NCBI RefSeq assembly: GCF_001194135.2
Contig: NC_068998.1
Span: 12,543,946-12,594,177 of the forward strand
DNA: 50,232 nt
Source of the DNA: Octopus bimaculoides
Lineage: Eukaryota
Direction of reading: 5' to 3'
Below the pieces are notes generated by a model. It ran no database searches. It saw nothing but the letters and a program-made list of their open reading frames with translations, and had not been told where the DNA came from. The position numbers were made by a program, and so were the translations under genes. Of the stretch, positions 35,371-47,987 are shown one piece after another; position 1 is the stretch's first letter; each line of letters opens with the position of its first letter.

Positions 35371-36610
35371 TAAAATGTTGCCATGGGGACACATCTTTCC
35401 AAGGAGAAGGTCATAGGCTATATGACAGTTTTATAGTATGAGTATTTTTATGAAATCAGACAAATCATAAATTGCAATTGTATTCATTACGATTTTGTTA
35501 TGTATACAAAATGAAAAAAAGAAAATTGTATGGAAAATAAATTTCAACTATTCGTAATCTGCATTATTTACTGCCATTGGGTTACTTGGAGCAAGCAAAT
35601 TGTATTTTTAATATTAAAATTCCTACTGAATGTCATGCTAAATTATTAATGAAGTATATTGGAACTGAATTGAACAATTTTCTTTGTATGACTGTATGGA
35701 AATATAAAATATATTTTCTATGGACTAAAATTAATTTTGCACATGTCCTTTAAAAAATGTTTGTCCCATTCTTTTAACCCTTTGCTTGTCCCGTGTATTA
35801 CAGGACATATTCCCCTAGCGTGCATGCATCATAAGATATACGTTCCCAATTGTTTTTTCAACCACTAGAGTAATTTTGGACTTCTGAAATGTAAATTTAA
35901 TATTTCTCAGAACGAATGAAACTAAAAGTCTGAAAACAAGCGTGGAATTGCTTTGGACAGGCAAAAAGTTAAAACATCTCACCATAAATCAGAAGTCGAT
36001 AAAACATTGTGCAACGCATCAGGAGTCGATAAAACAAAAGCATATTGTAAGGAGTGGTGGATTGGCGGATTAGTTACACTGTCGAACACAGTTCTTTGTG
36101 TTCTGAGTTCAAATCATGCCATCTCATTAAAGCAGTAACAAATGAAGTAACTGAGATATCTAAACACCTGATTGATTGACTGATTTGATTGATTGATTGG
36201 CTGGCGTGTTGGCTGGCTCGTTAGATGGATAGATGAATGGATAGTATCACCACTAAATCACGTTGATTGGCTTGCATACATCAATTAGAGTACACGAATA
36301 AACTTTTCCCTTTTCCTGTGCCTGACATAACTTTCTCTCTAACTCCCAGCAGTTTCAAGGACCCTGAAAACTAATAGGGGTCATGGACTCAGCCGTTCTA
36401 TGTCTGGTTAATCACAAGAACAAAGAAACAAAAAATTGTTTGGTAGTTACATACGCTATCACTTTTTTTTTCCTTTTTACTTAGTCATTTTGCTCCTTTA
36501 GATTTTTAATGGTAAGAATCCTGTCATAAATCATATCTGTTAAGTAACATGGAGCAAATCTCCTGGCAATCTTCACACACACACACACACACGCACACAC
36601 ACACACACAC

Positions 36611-36648
<38 letters not shown>

Positions 36649-37487
36649 CTATATCTNNNNNNNNNNNNNNNNNNNNNNNNNNNNNNNNNNNNNNNNNNNN
36701 NNNNNNNNNNNNNNNNNNNNNNNNNNNNNNNNNNNNNNNNNNNNNNNNNNNNNNNNNNNNNNNNNNNNNNNNNNNNNNNNNNNNNNNNNNNNNNNNNNNN
36801 NNNNNNNNNNNNNNNNNNNNNNNNNNNNNNNNNNNNNNNNNNNNNNNNNNNNNNNNNNNNNNNNNNNNNNNNNNNNNNNNNNNNNNNNNNNNNNNNNNNN
36901 NNNGCCATCAATAAAAAGAATAATTATCCAGTGCAGTAGATTGGCAGAGGTGTTAGAGTTCTAAGTAGAATCCTCTTTGACATATCAGTTGCGGCGATGG
37001 GATGAACTTGCATGCATGCGTAACTATTTATCTTTCACAACAAAAAAAAAAACAGTCTTTCCCAGGCCTACATTTTGCAGAAGAACTTTCGTTGCAATTG
37101 TTTCTCTAGTATATATATGTGTCTCTGTGTGCAGCTTTGTGTTCTCTGTGTATCTGTGTGTGCCCGTGTGTGTGTGTGTGTGTGTGTGCGTGTGTGTATC
37201 TCAGTAAATTGCGCGCCTTTATTATTCATAGGTATTATAGACTGCCTGTACATAACTCGCTCGCCTTTTTTGGACGTACACAAATGAACTATGGGTGGTA
37301 CTAAAATAAGCAAAGTTATCGAGGGAAATTTTTACATAACACACATTAACTGAAAATATTTATGTGGAAGAGAAAGTTTCAAAGGTCTGGGTCACCAGTT
37401 CATGTCCCATCACCAGCACTACACTGTGTGGACAGATTCAGATACTTAACTTTCACTTGTCCTGTTCAGTTAGTTATATAATTTGTA

Positions 37488-37620
37488 GGTTTAGTTCAGC
37501 CGCAGGTCAGCGCTGATCGAATAGACATACGATCAAAGACGTTCTTGACCGTCACAACCCTTGTTATCTAATAAATAAATTATCCAGGACTATTCGGCAA
37601 TGTACGCTTCCGCTTCTTTT
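37488..37620 (-). mobile_element. SINE-like family C, 3' part
   Basis: Reverse complement GTCTTTGATCGTATGTCTATTCGATCAGCGCTGACCTGCGG parallels 41210-41255. Confidence 0.6.
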
Positions 37621-37726
37621 TTAAACGGCGTTGCGTAATGTGTATATCTGTCTGTCTGTCTGTATGTATGTATGTATGTATGTATGTATGTATGTATGTG
37701 AGTAAGTATATATATATGCCTGTCTA

Positions 37727-37763
<37 letters not shown>

Positions 37764-37910
37764 ATGCATGTATGTATGTATGTTTGTATGTATGTATGTA
37801 TGTTTACATGTATGTTTGTATGTATGTATGTATGTTTACATGTATGTATGTATGCATGTATGTTTGTATGTATGTTTGTATGTATATATGTATGTATGTA
37901 TGTGAGTAAG

Positions 37911-37941
<31 letters not shown>

Positions 37942-38369
37942 GTCTGTATGTATGTATGTATGTTTACATGTATGTATGTATGTATGTATGTATGTATGTA
38001 TGTTTGTATGTATTGAGTGGTAAATCAAAGAAAGGGTTGTTTTCGTATTCGAATGAAGTTAATATAATGTATTTATGTATTGAATGTGTGTTTGCTCGAG
38101 AGAGCAATTGAGAACGACGAATATAATTAATGCATCTCCCGCTACATAATTTTATGCATTATACACACGGTTGCGCTAAGTATATTTCATTCCTATTGTC
38201 TTCCGTGTGAATAGGAAGAACTAAAAGCTGTTGGGATCTGATTAAGGTGACTTAAGTAGGGTCAAGTTCTGTCTGTTGTCAGTTGTCAAACTTGTCTTGG
38301 AATATGTTGATTGTTTAAAGAGTGAAGAAGACAAGAGTGTATCTCCCACATTATTCCTTTTTTCTACAC

Positions 38370-38434
<65 letters not shown>

Positions 38435-38530
38435 CCTACTTACCTACCTACCTAACTAACTAACTAACTAACTACCCACCTACCTACCTATCTACCTAAC
38501 TAACTATCTAACTACTTACTTAGCTATCTG
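38370..38530. repeat. (TATC)n-(CCTA)n-(CTAA)n compound tetranucleotide tract
   Basis: Direct reading. Confidence 0.9.
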
Positions 38531-38633
38531 TTTATCCAGTTAGCTTCCACTACTGTTTTATTCGCTAGCTTTATTAATAAAGGCGATGATTGACAATTTT
38601 TTTTTTCAAGGCAGAGAAATTACATGCTTCTGA

Positions 38634-39297
38634 ATAGTGATAACAGGTGATGAAAAATGTGTCTTTTCTGACAATGTTCAACGCAGACAAAGATAAATCT
38701 CCACAACCTCTCTCAAAGGCTGAGCTCCATTGAAAGAATGTTATGTTGCGTGTGTGTGGAATCACTGCAGTATTGTTCATTTTGAGTTTTTAAACCGCTA
38801 TCAAACACTTAATGCCGACTCATACTCTCATCAGCTGCAACGTCTGCATGAAAATATTTTAAGAAAATGTCCTGCACTCGTTAATTGTGTGAAAATGCCT
38901 TGCACTCGAAACATTGTGATTCTTTATGATAACATAAGACTACATTCAGTAAGAATCATGCAGGCTAAAATATTGGATTTGGGCTGGTCTGTTCTACCCC
39001 ATCCACCATATTTACAAGACCTTGCATCAATTGATTTCTATCTGTTTCGCTCTCTGCAAAATGATCTAATGGAGAAAAAATTTCCTCAAGAAGATCAGGT
39101 GAAAATGTATGTGGAAAACTTCTTCATGTGGAAGCTAGATGAATTTTACTAGAGAGGAATCAAAAAGCTACATGATAATTTGTAAGAGGTCATTCAAAAC
39201 AATTGCAAATATACTGACAAAATAATTCTTCGTAAAATGTTTTTCATGAGAAGAGGTATTTAACAAAATAGGAAGCTATTTATGACTCAAACCCAAT
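38634..39297 (+). mobile_element. Mariner (DD34D) transposase pseudogene, 3' half, with probable right TIR
   Basis: ITGDEK at 38640-38657, KAELH in a shifted frame, then ORF 38730-39152 with YDN...LGWSVLPHPPYLQDLASIDFYLFRSLQN (34 residues between the second and third Asp). A TIR-like end ...TTATGACTCAAACCCAAT lies at ~39297. Confidence 0.92.
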
Positions 39298-39784
39298 GTA
39301 TGTGTGTGTGTATACATACATACACACACACACACATTGACATACACATATTTGTGGAATTTGGTTACGACTTCCCTTTGACACAGTAATAAAGTGACGT
39401 CATCCATAAACCTGGATTTTGTATTTTGAGCCAAGTTATTTTTCTTCCTTTTTTCTTTCTTTTAAAATTCAAAAGCCATACATTATATTAATGCATGCTT
39501 GGCTGACAAATTAAAAAATAACGCTATTAAATTTCTTCTGCATACAACATTTAGAAGTGACTCACATACTTTTTATCAACAATTTATTTAAACATTGCTT
39601 TAAAATTATCCAGCGAAGAAAAATTGTGTTAAACACCAAATATTTTGTTACTTTAGCGAAAAGAAGAAAGATAAAAGTGAAAGTTTATTGGAGTAATCCT
39701 CAAAACCGTGATATCTGCAAATACCCAACTGAATCTAAGAAGTACTTTAAGATTTAACACATTTAGCCATGCACACTACATATC

Positions 39785-40415
39785 GTCAAGTCAGGTCTGA
39801 TGCAGAAGCATACACCGTTGCAGTGCGTTGCTGCATTCATCATTTGTCGGTATATTCCCGGCCTCTGCCGGGTGACATGTCAGGCACAGTCCCAGTCAGT
39901 TAGCATGTCTGCAAGATGCCTCCTCAGCTGCCGAGACCATGTTGCATGTGATCAACTAACACGAGCAGTCAACCCATCCTGATCCTCGGTGAAAAGAACA
40001 CGGTAGGCAGAGTCTAACTCGGAAAATCAAGCAACATGACAAAAACAGCCAGAACCGGCGCTTCTAAATCATATACTTAACAGAGGGTGTATCTCAGTTT
40101 CTGTGTAGGGCCGTTAGTTGGATACGAAATCCGATTAATGGTAACCCAACATCCTGCGAAGTGTCCTGGTAGTGAAGGAGTTCAGACGGTTCCTGAGGGC
40201 CCCAGACTGTGTCCAAGTTTCACAACTATAGAGCAAGACAAGGAGAGCCAAGGATCTAAAGACCCAGACCTTTGTCCCCCTGTACAGATATTGGCAACGC
40301 CAAACACGCTTGACTAATGAGTCCACGACTGCAGCAGCTCATCCTAGTCTTTTTAGGACTTCAGACTCGCAGATAATGCCACTACGAATCTCTGCCGAGA
40401 TAAGTGAAGCGGTCA
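39785..40415 (-). mobile_element. RTE-clade LINE, 5'-truncated 3' fragment
   Basis: FTYLG (40394-40408), EVLKRLG, VWRC..TKVWVF..LLYSCETWT..LRRMLGYH*SDFVSN, C-terminal RQLRRHLADM...AATHC, and a GACCTGACTTGAC tail. Confidence 0.88.
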
Positions 40416-40614
40416 ACAACTTCAATATTCTCACTCACTACAGGAGATGAGGTGGAGTTCTCCAAGAAGCCACATGTATTTAATTCTCCTTCGGGTTCAG
40501 GTTATTCGATAATTCCTTCACGGAGACAGTGTTTCTTACGTCTAGTAGCTTTCAGCCGATCTTGTCTCCCCAAGTTCTTATAATTTTACCAGTTAGCGGT
40601 GACCCAAACAATGA

Positions 40615-40633
40615 CACAGACATACAGGCAGAC

Positions 40634-40676
<43 letters not shown>

Positions 40677-40689
40677 TAGACAGATAGAC

Positions 40690-40727
<38 letters not shown>

Positions 40728-40730
40728 CAA
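40615..40730. repeat. (GACA)n/(GATA)n tract
   Basis: Direct reading. Confidence 0.9.
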
Positions 40731-41044
40731 TGTAGTAAATGTAGAATGACTCTAAGAAGTCTGGCAATGCTCTTATTATGCAGTGCTAACGTCTACGATG
40801 TTGATGATGATGACGATGAAGAGGAGAAGAGGATGAGGCGGGGAGGGAAAAGAGATGGTTGGTGTAGAAGAAGAGATGGAGATGGTGCACGAAGAATCAA
40901 ATTCTAAGAAAAGAACAAATCAATTAAATGATATGGGAATATATTTAAATAATGAAATAAGTTTCGACCTTCAAACATGAATGATTATCTGCAGAGGATA
41001 TAAATATATCTCACTATTTCGTATCGTATGAGCCGGCAAGGGAG

Positions 41045-41265
41045 GCAGCTGTACGTTCACTCGACATACTAGATATAGCAGTCAAATGTCCTTTAAACCG
41101 AACTCTCTGCTGGATTTTAAAGAAAGCAGAAAATGGAACACCTTTTACTTAATGTATTCCAGGCATCTTGGCAACGTTGGAAAAAAAACGACATGGTAAC
41201 GTCTGGAATGCCTTTGATCACAGGTCTGCTCGATCGAGTTTGGCCTGGGGTTAAACAACAGCAAA
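41045..41265 (+). mobile_element. SINE-like family C, most complete copy
   Basis: From CTAGATATAGCAGTCAAAT to GGAATGCCTTTGATCACAGGTCTGCTC...GGGGTTAAACAACA; fragments elsewhere in the window match it. Confidence 0.65.
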
Positions 41266-41689
41266 GTCTGCTACTACTGCAGTGAAGCACTTTGCATACT
41301 TTACAATGCCTCTATATAATGCACATTTGTTTAACATCAATTACTATCAAGATACGAAGAAATAATTGATAATCTGTCTATCTATGGAAAACTTGGCAGA
41401 TCCGTCTATTTTTTCCATTATTTTTTTTCTTTCAAACAATGCAATCATAACTTAATAAATAGATTTTACAATATATCATGTTATATATTATATGATAATA
41501 TATTATGTATGAAGATTTGAATTCTTTACATTATATTATATATGGAAATTTGAATTTAATATCAGCTCTTACCATTCACTATGGTCTTGGCAACAATTAC
41601 TTAGGATTCTTTCAACGTCATCTTTATTCTGCTCCAGTTTTTTTTTTTATGGATGAACGCTTTTTTATGCTTTAAGCAGATACAATTAA

Positions 41690-42040
41690 ATTGTTTGATA
41701 GCGATGATGATGATTATACTGGGAATGGTAGGAACATGGTTATTATAATGGTTATGGTGAATAATATCATTATGATTACGACAGAGAATAAGCATCAACA
41801 TGGCGATGGTCAGCGTTGTCTTCAGACTCACGAGCGCGATGGTGACGACGACGACGACAATGACGATTAAATTGAGAATGAAGAAGATGAAGAGGATAAT
41901 CATTATCTGACTTAAAATGACGATGGTGATGACAACGACGACGATGACAATGATAAGGATGAGGACGACGAAGACAAAGGCGATGAGCATCATCGTCAGA
42001 CTCACGATGGTGATGATGATGATGACAAAACAATGATAGG
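41690..42040. repeat. Degenerate (GAT/GAC/AAT)n low-complexity tract with an internal duplication
   Basis: CAGACTCACGA occurs at ~41823 and ~41997. Confidence 0.8.
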
Positions 42041-42344
42041 GAGGAGGAGATGAGAAAACGATGTGTGGGTGGAGGAAGACGAAAACACAGAAGAGGTTAG
42101 GAGGAAAAGGGGGGAAACTAGAATGAGTATTAAGTGTTGCTACTTCTTTAAATGAATGTTGACATTGAAAGGGTTTCAAATGGGAATTTGTAATGTTGTT
42201 AGTTCGAGGTATTTCCGAAAGTCATTAGCAATATAAGTGAAGCTAAATATAAATGATTGCTAAGAAATTGCTAACGTATGGCGATGGACACGAACAGCAA
42301 GTAGAGCAATAACTAACAATAGTATTAACCACACTAGGAATGAA

Positions 42345-42575
42345 ACACAGTAATAATTAACCAAAGTCATAAGTGTCCACAGAAATAACTGACCATAGTG
42401 GTAACAATACTGATAATTAAACATAGCAGTAATTAACCATAGTAATAATTAACCGCAGTAATGATTAATCACAGTAATAACTGACCATAGTGGTAACAAT
42501 AGTAATAATTAAACATAGCAGTAATTAACCATAGTAATAATTAACCACAGTAATGATTAATCACAGTAATAACTA
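42345..42575. repeat. ~15-16 bp minisatellite with a 92-bp higher-order duplication
   Basis: Units of GTAATAATTAACCATA type; 42384-42475 is repeated at 42476-42567. Confidence 0.85.
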
Positions 42576-42601
42576 ATTAGTAATACGTCGGTCATAGCGA
42601 C

Positions 42602-42820
42602 GACGGCAAGCTGGCAGAATCGTTAGCAATCTGCGCAAAAATGTTTAGCAGCATTACGTTCGTCTTCATGTTGTGAGTTCAAATCCCACTGGGCTCGACT
42701 TTTCTTTTTATCTTTCCGGGGTCGATAAAATAAGTACCAATTGAGCACTGGGGTCGATGTAATCGACTTAACCCGTCCCCCGCAATTACTGACCTTGTCC
42801 TAAAATTTGAAATCAATATT
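42602..42820 (+). mobile_element. SINE family B, full length
   Basis: Aligns to the other B copies. Confidence 0.9.
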
Positions 42821-42859
42821 TTATCCATATTAATATTTAGTAATTAGCTATATTAGTAA

Positions 42860-43078
42860 TAATGGTTTCAAATTTTGTCACAAGGGCAGCCATTTTGGGG
42901 GAGGAGATGTGTCGATTACATCGACCCCAGTATTCAACTGATACTTAATTTATCGACCCCGAAAGGATGAAAGCGAAAGTCGACCTCGGCGGAATTTGAA
43001 CTCAGAACGTAGCGACGGTCGAAATACCGCTAAGCATTTAGTCCGGCGTGCTAACGAGTCTGTCAGCTCGCTGCCTTT
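42860..43078 (-). mobile_element. SINE family B, full length
   Basis: Aligns to the other B copies. Confidence 0.9.
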
Positions 43079-43130
43079 ACTATAACAGTAATAATAACAA
43101 TAATTGACCACAATGACAGTAATACACTAG

Positions 43131-43482
43131 TAATCTTTTATCCTTTATTTGTTTCAGTTATGGGACTGCGGCCATGCCGGGGCACCGTTTTGAAGAGTTT
43201 AGTCGAACAAATCGACCCCAGTGAATGCTTAAAAAAAAATAAAGTCTGGTGCTTATTCTATTGGTCTTTTTCCTAACTGCTATATTACAGTGACGTAAAC
43301 AAACCAACAACGCTTCTCAAGCAATGGTGGGGAACAAACACAACCATATACACATACATACATGCATACATACATACATACATACATGCATACATAGACA
43401 TATACATATATATATGATATATATATACACACATATATATATAAACATATATGTATGTCAGTATATATACATACATACCTAC

Positions 43483-43547
<65 letters not shown>

Positions 43548-44004
43548 TGTATGTATGTGTATACAGACACACAAATATATATATATATATATTATATATA
43601 TANNNNNNNNNNNNNNNNNNNNNNNNNNNNNNNNNNNNNNNNNNNNNNNNNNNNNNNNNNNNNNNNNNNNNNNNNNNNNNNNNNNNNNNNNNNNNNNNNN
43701 NNNNNNNNNNNNNNNNNNNNNNNNNNNNNNNNNNNNNNNNNNNNNNNNNNNNNNNNNNNNNNNNNNNNNNNNNNNNNNTTGTGTTCCTTCCTGTTGAAGA
43801 GCGTAGGCTCGAAACGTAAATGACTTTGTCACCTTCCCGAGCGTTAAACTAATACTAGTTTTTCCACCTTCCAAATCCGCTTACAAGCCTTTGCTCGGCT
43901 GGAGGCTATAGTAGGAGACACTCGGTCAAAATGTCACGTAGTGGGACCGAACCCGATATCATGTAGTTGGGAAGCAAACCTTACGTCACAGCCCGCCTGC
44001 GCCT
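43131..44004 (-). mobile_element. SINE family E: 3' domain (43131-43345) and head/centre (43860-44004) flanking an expanded microsatellite, a gap and an insertion
   Basis: Both halves match 35006-35370 in the same orientation and order. Continuity across the gap is inferred. Confidence 0.7.
43785..43860 (+). mobile_element. Penelope-like terminal relic with hammerhead-like core
   Basis: CTGTTGA-A-GAGC-gtag-GCTC-GAA-ACGT-A at 43791-43818. Confidence 0.45.
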
Positions 44005-44084
44005 ATCAAATTTGTACACTGAATAGCCGTTGGCGTCACTCTTTCTTTAATACACAATGTCCGTCAGTATATCTTCGTGGCTTT

Positions 44085-44301
44085 AAGGTGGCGAGCTGGC
44101 AGGAAGGTCAGCATGCCGGTCAAAATGCTCAGCGGCAATTCGTTCGTCTTTACGTTCTGAGTTCGAATTCCACTGAGGTCGACTTTGCCGTACATCCTTT
44201 CGGGGTCGATAAAATAAGTACCAGATGAGCACTGGGATCGATGTAATCGACCAAACCCCTCTCCTTAAAAGCTCTGGCCTTGTGCAAAAATTTGAAACCA
44301 A
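44085..44301 (+). mobile_element. SINE family B with 12-bp TSD
   Basis: TSD TATATCTTCGTG at 44068-44079 and 44302-44313. Confidence 0.92.
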
Positions 44302-44578
44302 TATATCTTCGTGACTGGCAGTCACTGTGTATATTTAGAAGGTCTCTGTTGCACCTCTACCCATCATTGAGTTCGTAATTCATTGCTGAGAGAATGGTGG
44401 CGGAGTATCTCAATATGAATACAACTTAGTTATTGTTCCTTTCGTTTTGTCTGGTTCTTTTTTATTGTAGTCTTTCCCAACTTCGCCCATAATTTATTTC
44501 TAGTTATAGTTACAATTAACCTTAGCAGTTACTAACCATAGTAATAACAGTATCAGTAATTCATATATATACATATAC

Positions 44579-44628
<50 letters not shown>

Positions 44629-44676
44629 ATATATGCATGTACATATCTATATTTCTGTATGTACATACACCCCCCC

Positions 44677-44731
<55 letters not shown>

Positions 44732-46606
44732 GCATAGTACGACCGGATCGTCTAGGTTTATAAAATGTTTGCGCAACCGGGAACAGAAACAAGACGTAAT
44801 CTTCATGCATGACATCACATGACATCAAACATAATCATAAAACAAATAACTGATGTAATCTCGGTGCGGTCTGCGCTAATTCCCAACGGGGAAATAGAAA
44901 TCAATTCGATATTGACAAATGTACCAGACACATCATAAAAACAGAAGAAAAGGGAAGAGGAAAGTCTCTTTTGCCAGACGGAAAAAAAGTTGTAACAATA
45001 ATAGATTTAAGGTGAAACTATAAATGTTTCGGATTGGGTTGCTACAGACTGGGAAACTCAGAAGGAAAGGAATTACGAGTGAAGTTGCAAAGTCTATACA
45101 ATAAGAAAAAAAAACAAACAAGACAAAACAACCTGTGTGAAGAGATCAATAAATGAGTTAGTCTCATATTGATTTCTTCATACTCAGCGATAGATAACGG
45201 GTAGAGTTGCAACGATGCAGGGTAGAGGTACAACAAGAACTTTCTAAATATTCATAGCGAATTTCAACTATGAAGATATATTGGTGTAGTTTTCTATATT
45301 TAGGAAAGAGTGAAGCGGACGGCTATTGAACATCATAAATTTAGTAAGGCTGAATATTGCAATACTAATTTGTTATTAGTGGAGAAGAGAATCTTTTATG
45401 CAACTAGAAATGTGTTAGGAGAATGCAATCGAGAACAAGGAATTCAAGCAGAAGACACTGAAAATTGTTGCCTGAGCAAGTTCTCAGGCAAGCAGAAGGC
45501 GTTATTTAAAGCAGAAGGCGTTATTCAAGATGGATGAATGACATTATTTAAGATGCCATTATAAAAAGGGGAAAGGAACACATAGTTGCACAACATCCTT
45601 GAATTAGAGCAAACCCCTGTTGGAAGTAAACGTGTATAAAAGCCAACAAATCGGATACTACAAAATAAAAGAAAAATGTTATTGTTTAACGGGAAACCTT
45701 GTCAAGATGACTCAGAATGATTACGAAATGAATCGTGGTATGTTAAGAAACAGTTGCACTACGAATAGCGAATGAGATTAAAAATTAATTCAAACTAGCA
45801 CCAACCACAAATCGAAATGTTTCGTCCAAGAACTTGCTCCTCGTTCTTTGTGCAAGCGATCCCTCTTGGTCATGCTATTATTTTTTAGAAATTACAACTG
45901 CTGGAACAGATGTCTGTTAAAGACAGTAAAAAAAAATATAACAGTTAGTAAAATTTTCACGGCATTGTCATTAACTTTTTCAGTGCAGGTGCAAAAGATG
46001 TTGCGGTAGATGACACTGGTGGAGTTGGTTGATTGTTGGAACGTCGCCGCCGCCGTCACAAATTCTTGACTCGGAAATACAGAAAAACGATCGTTTTTCT
46101 CTTCTCTAATGTTTCAATAAAGGATACGTGGTGAAATATTTCTACCTACACCGCATTCTTAAGTTTGTTTATGCATTCTTAATATAATCTTTATTCTATT
46201 CATTTCGAAGGTTTTCTTTTCTTTTTTACTGTAGTTACAATTGAATTTGTGTTTTCCAGTTGTTGTTAATAGTTGTTGTTTAACGGTTATGGATTTGTTA
46301 TTGTTTTATTATTATTATTTTTGTTACTGTTTCTTTAAGTGAGATTGATATAAGCTTTTGTGCTTGTCAGCCTTTCTTCCGTTGATCATGATTTTGTTCA
46401 CACATTCACAAATATCGTTCGACTTATTCTATGCAGTTTTATGACAAGCATTTAACTTGTCTTACTATATCTATTGTATAACTTGTATGAGATTCTTGCC
46501 ACACCTATCATTTTTATATAACAACGTATTTATATATTCTCACACGTCTTGTAAACATTTTTTAACACGTGTTTATGCATGAATTGTAACTGGTAGCAAA
46601 ATAAAT

Positions 46607-46644
<38 letters not shown>

Positions 46645-46649
46645 TTTTT

Positions 46650-46802
46650 GAGACAAAAAAAACTAGAACAACACTGTACAAATTCAAATATATGGTACCC
46701 TAGGCATAACACCTACATGAACTTCTAACTTGTTGTCTCTTGAGGTCTCTGGGTGAGACTTGGATCCAACTTGTACAAATGGAAAGCAAAAGGCAAACAT
46801 AA

Positions 46803-46835
<33 letters not shown>

Positions 46836-46836
46836 T
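46650..46836 (+). mobile_element. Probable LINE 3' end with (AAT)n tail
   Basis: Complex segment ending in (AAT)n at ~46802-46836 and preceded by another (AAT)n tract at 46608-46645. Clade not determinable from this segment. Confidence 0.4.
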
Positions 46837-47349
46837 GTTGATGAGCTCACAGAAGAAAATATCTCCTGGTTGGTGGCAACGGTTCTCTTTCATATAGAGG
46901 TCAAACCCAATATTCTGCTGGTCTAGAGGTTGCAGAAGTAAAATTGGTCAGACCAGGGGATGGAACTACCGATCCAAACGGATCACATAATCTATCCTGT
47001 ACATAACCAACCATTGAGGGTATAAAGCTATGGTTTCTCTTATGTGGTGACGCAAACCATTTCAAGACTTTTTGTACACTGCAAAGAAGGCGAGACAGAT
47101 CAGCACTTCTGCCGACACCATCACCACAACAGCAACAACGCCAACAACATCAATGACCGTTACTCTATCGCAGTTCCTGGTTTCTTGTCACTATCATGTT
47201 CTTTGTGTATCTTTGAAGAGGGGCATAGTAATGGAAACTGTAAAGCAACAGAGTGAATGGCCATCTTCGATTAAATTAATGTGTATGAGCGTATGTATAT
47301 ATCAATGTACATGCATAATGCATTTTATATGCTTGTATGTGTGTATTAT

Positions 47350-47361
47350 ATATATGTGTGT

Positions 47362-47397
<36 letters not shown>

Positions 47398-47438
47398 ATA
47401 GACAGACAGGTAAATAAATAGACAGAAAGATAGATAGT

Positions 47439-47515
<77 letters not shown>
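47350..47515. repeat. (GT)n, GACA/GATA and (GA)n tracts
   Basis: Direct reading. Confidence 0.9.
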
Positions 47516-47517
<2 letters not shown>

Positions 47518-47539
47518 GTAGGTTATCATATTAAATAAA

Positions 47540-47790
47540 GTTAACATCTTCTTAATCCTGATGTCCAGATTGCAGATTTCTTCGAGTGCCCAGTCTAGGA
47601 TCCCAAATGGTACTGACATTGCAAAAGCATTATGTGACATGGTTTTATTGAATGCAAACAACTCTAACTTCCATAGCTTCCGAAGGCTAATGAAATATTC
47701 CTTTGTCACTCCAACTTTACTCAAAGGTATTTGTAACATTCATCAGGGGAAATAGTCAGGCTGTTGGTATCTATATTCTTTGCCTGGTCC
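47540..47790 (-). mobile_element. R4/Dong-like non-LTR retrotransposon RT C-terminal fragment
   Basis: ECYKYL* (47721-47741), then a frameshift to TKEYFISLRKLWKLEL.AFNKTMSHNAFA...FGILDWALEEICNLDIRIKKMLT. This matches YKYLG...KEY..R.RK.W.SEL...NK..A.N.FA...W...E...LD..TRK of restriction-endonuclease-type LINEs. Confidence 0.75.
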
Positions 47791-47950
47791 ATTATCGTTC
47801 TTCGTTTGGTTATCAAATATGAACATTTTGACCAAATTCTATTTCTGTGTCCCTTGAGAAAGTCGTGACCAGTTCTGTCTTTGCCTTCATACCCTTCCAT
47901 AGTTCAAGTTCTTCACATTACATCGATGTAATTACTGGTACACAGATACA

Positions 47951-47987
<37 letters not shown>

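Noticed and set aside
41601-42179. 192-aa hydrophobic ORF resembling a membrane protein
   Set aside because: It is the antisense of a GAT/GAC trinucleotide tract; the I/V runs are compositional.
42345-42575. CRISPR-like periodicity
   Set aside because: There are no unique spacers and the context is eukaryotic; this is a minisatellite.
8170-44301. tRNA genes at SINE heads
   Set aside because: A/B-box-like motifs are present, but I could not form cloverleafs and each continues into a SINE body.
45310-45537. 75-aa ORF containing a 17-bp tandem duplication (AAGCAGAAGGCGTTATT x2)
   Set aside because: No recognisable domain; possibly LINE debris but unsupported.
47034-47075. FLLCGDANHFKTFC, a near CCHC zinc knuckle
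   Set aside because: The first Cys is absent and no gag/ORF1 context is evident, so it may be chance.
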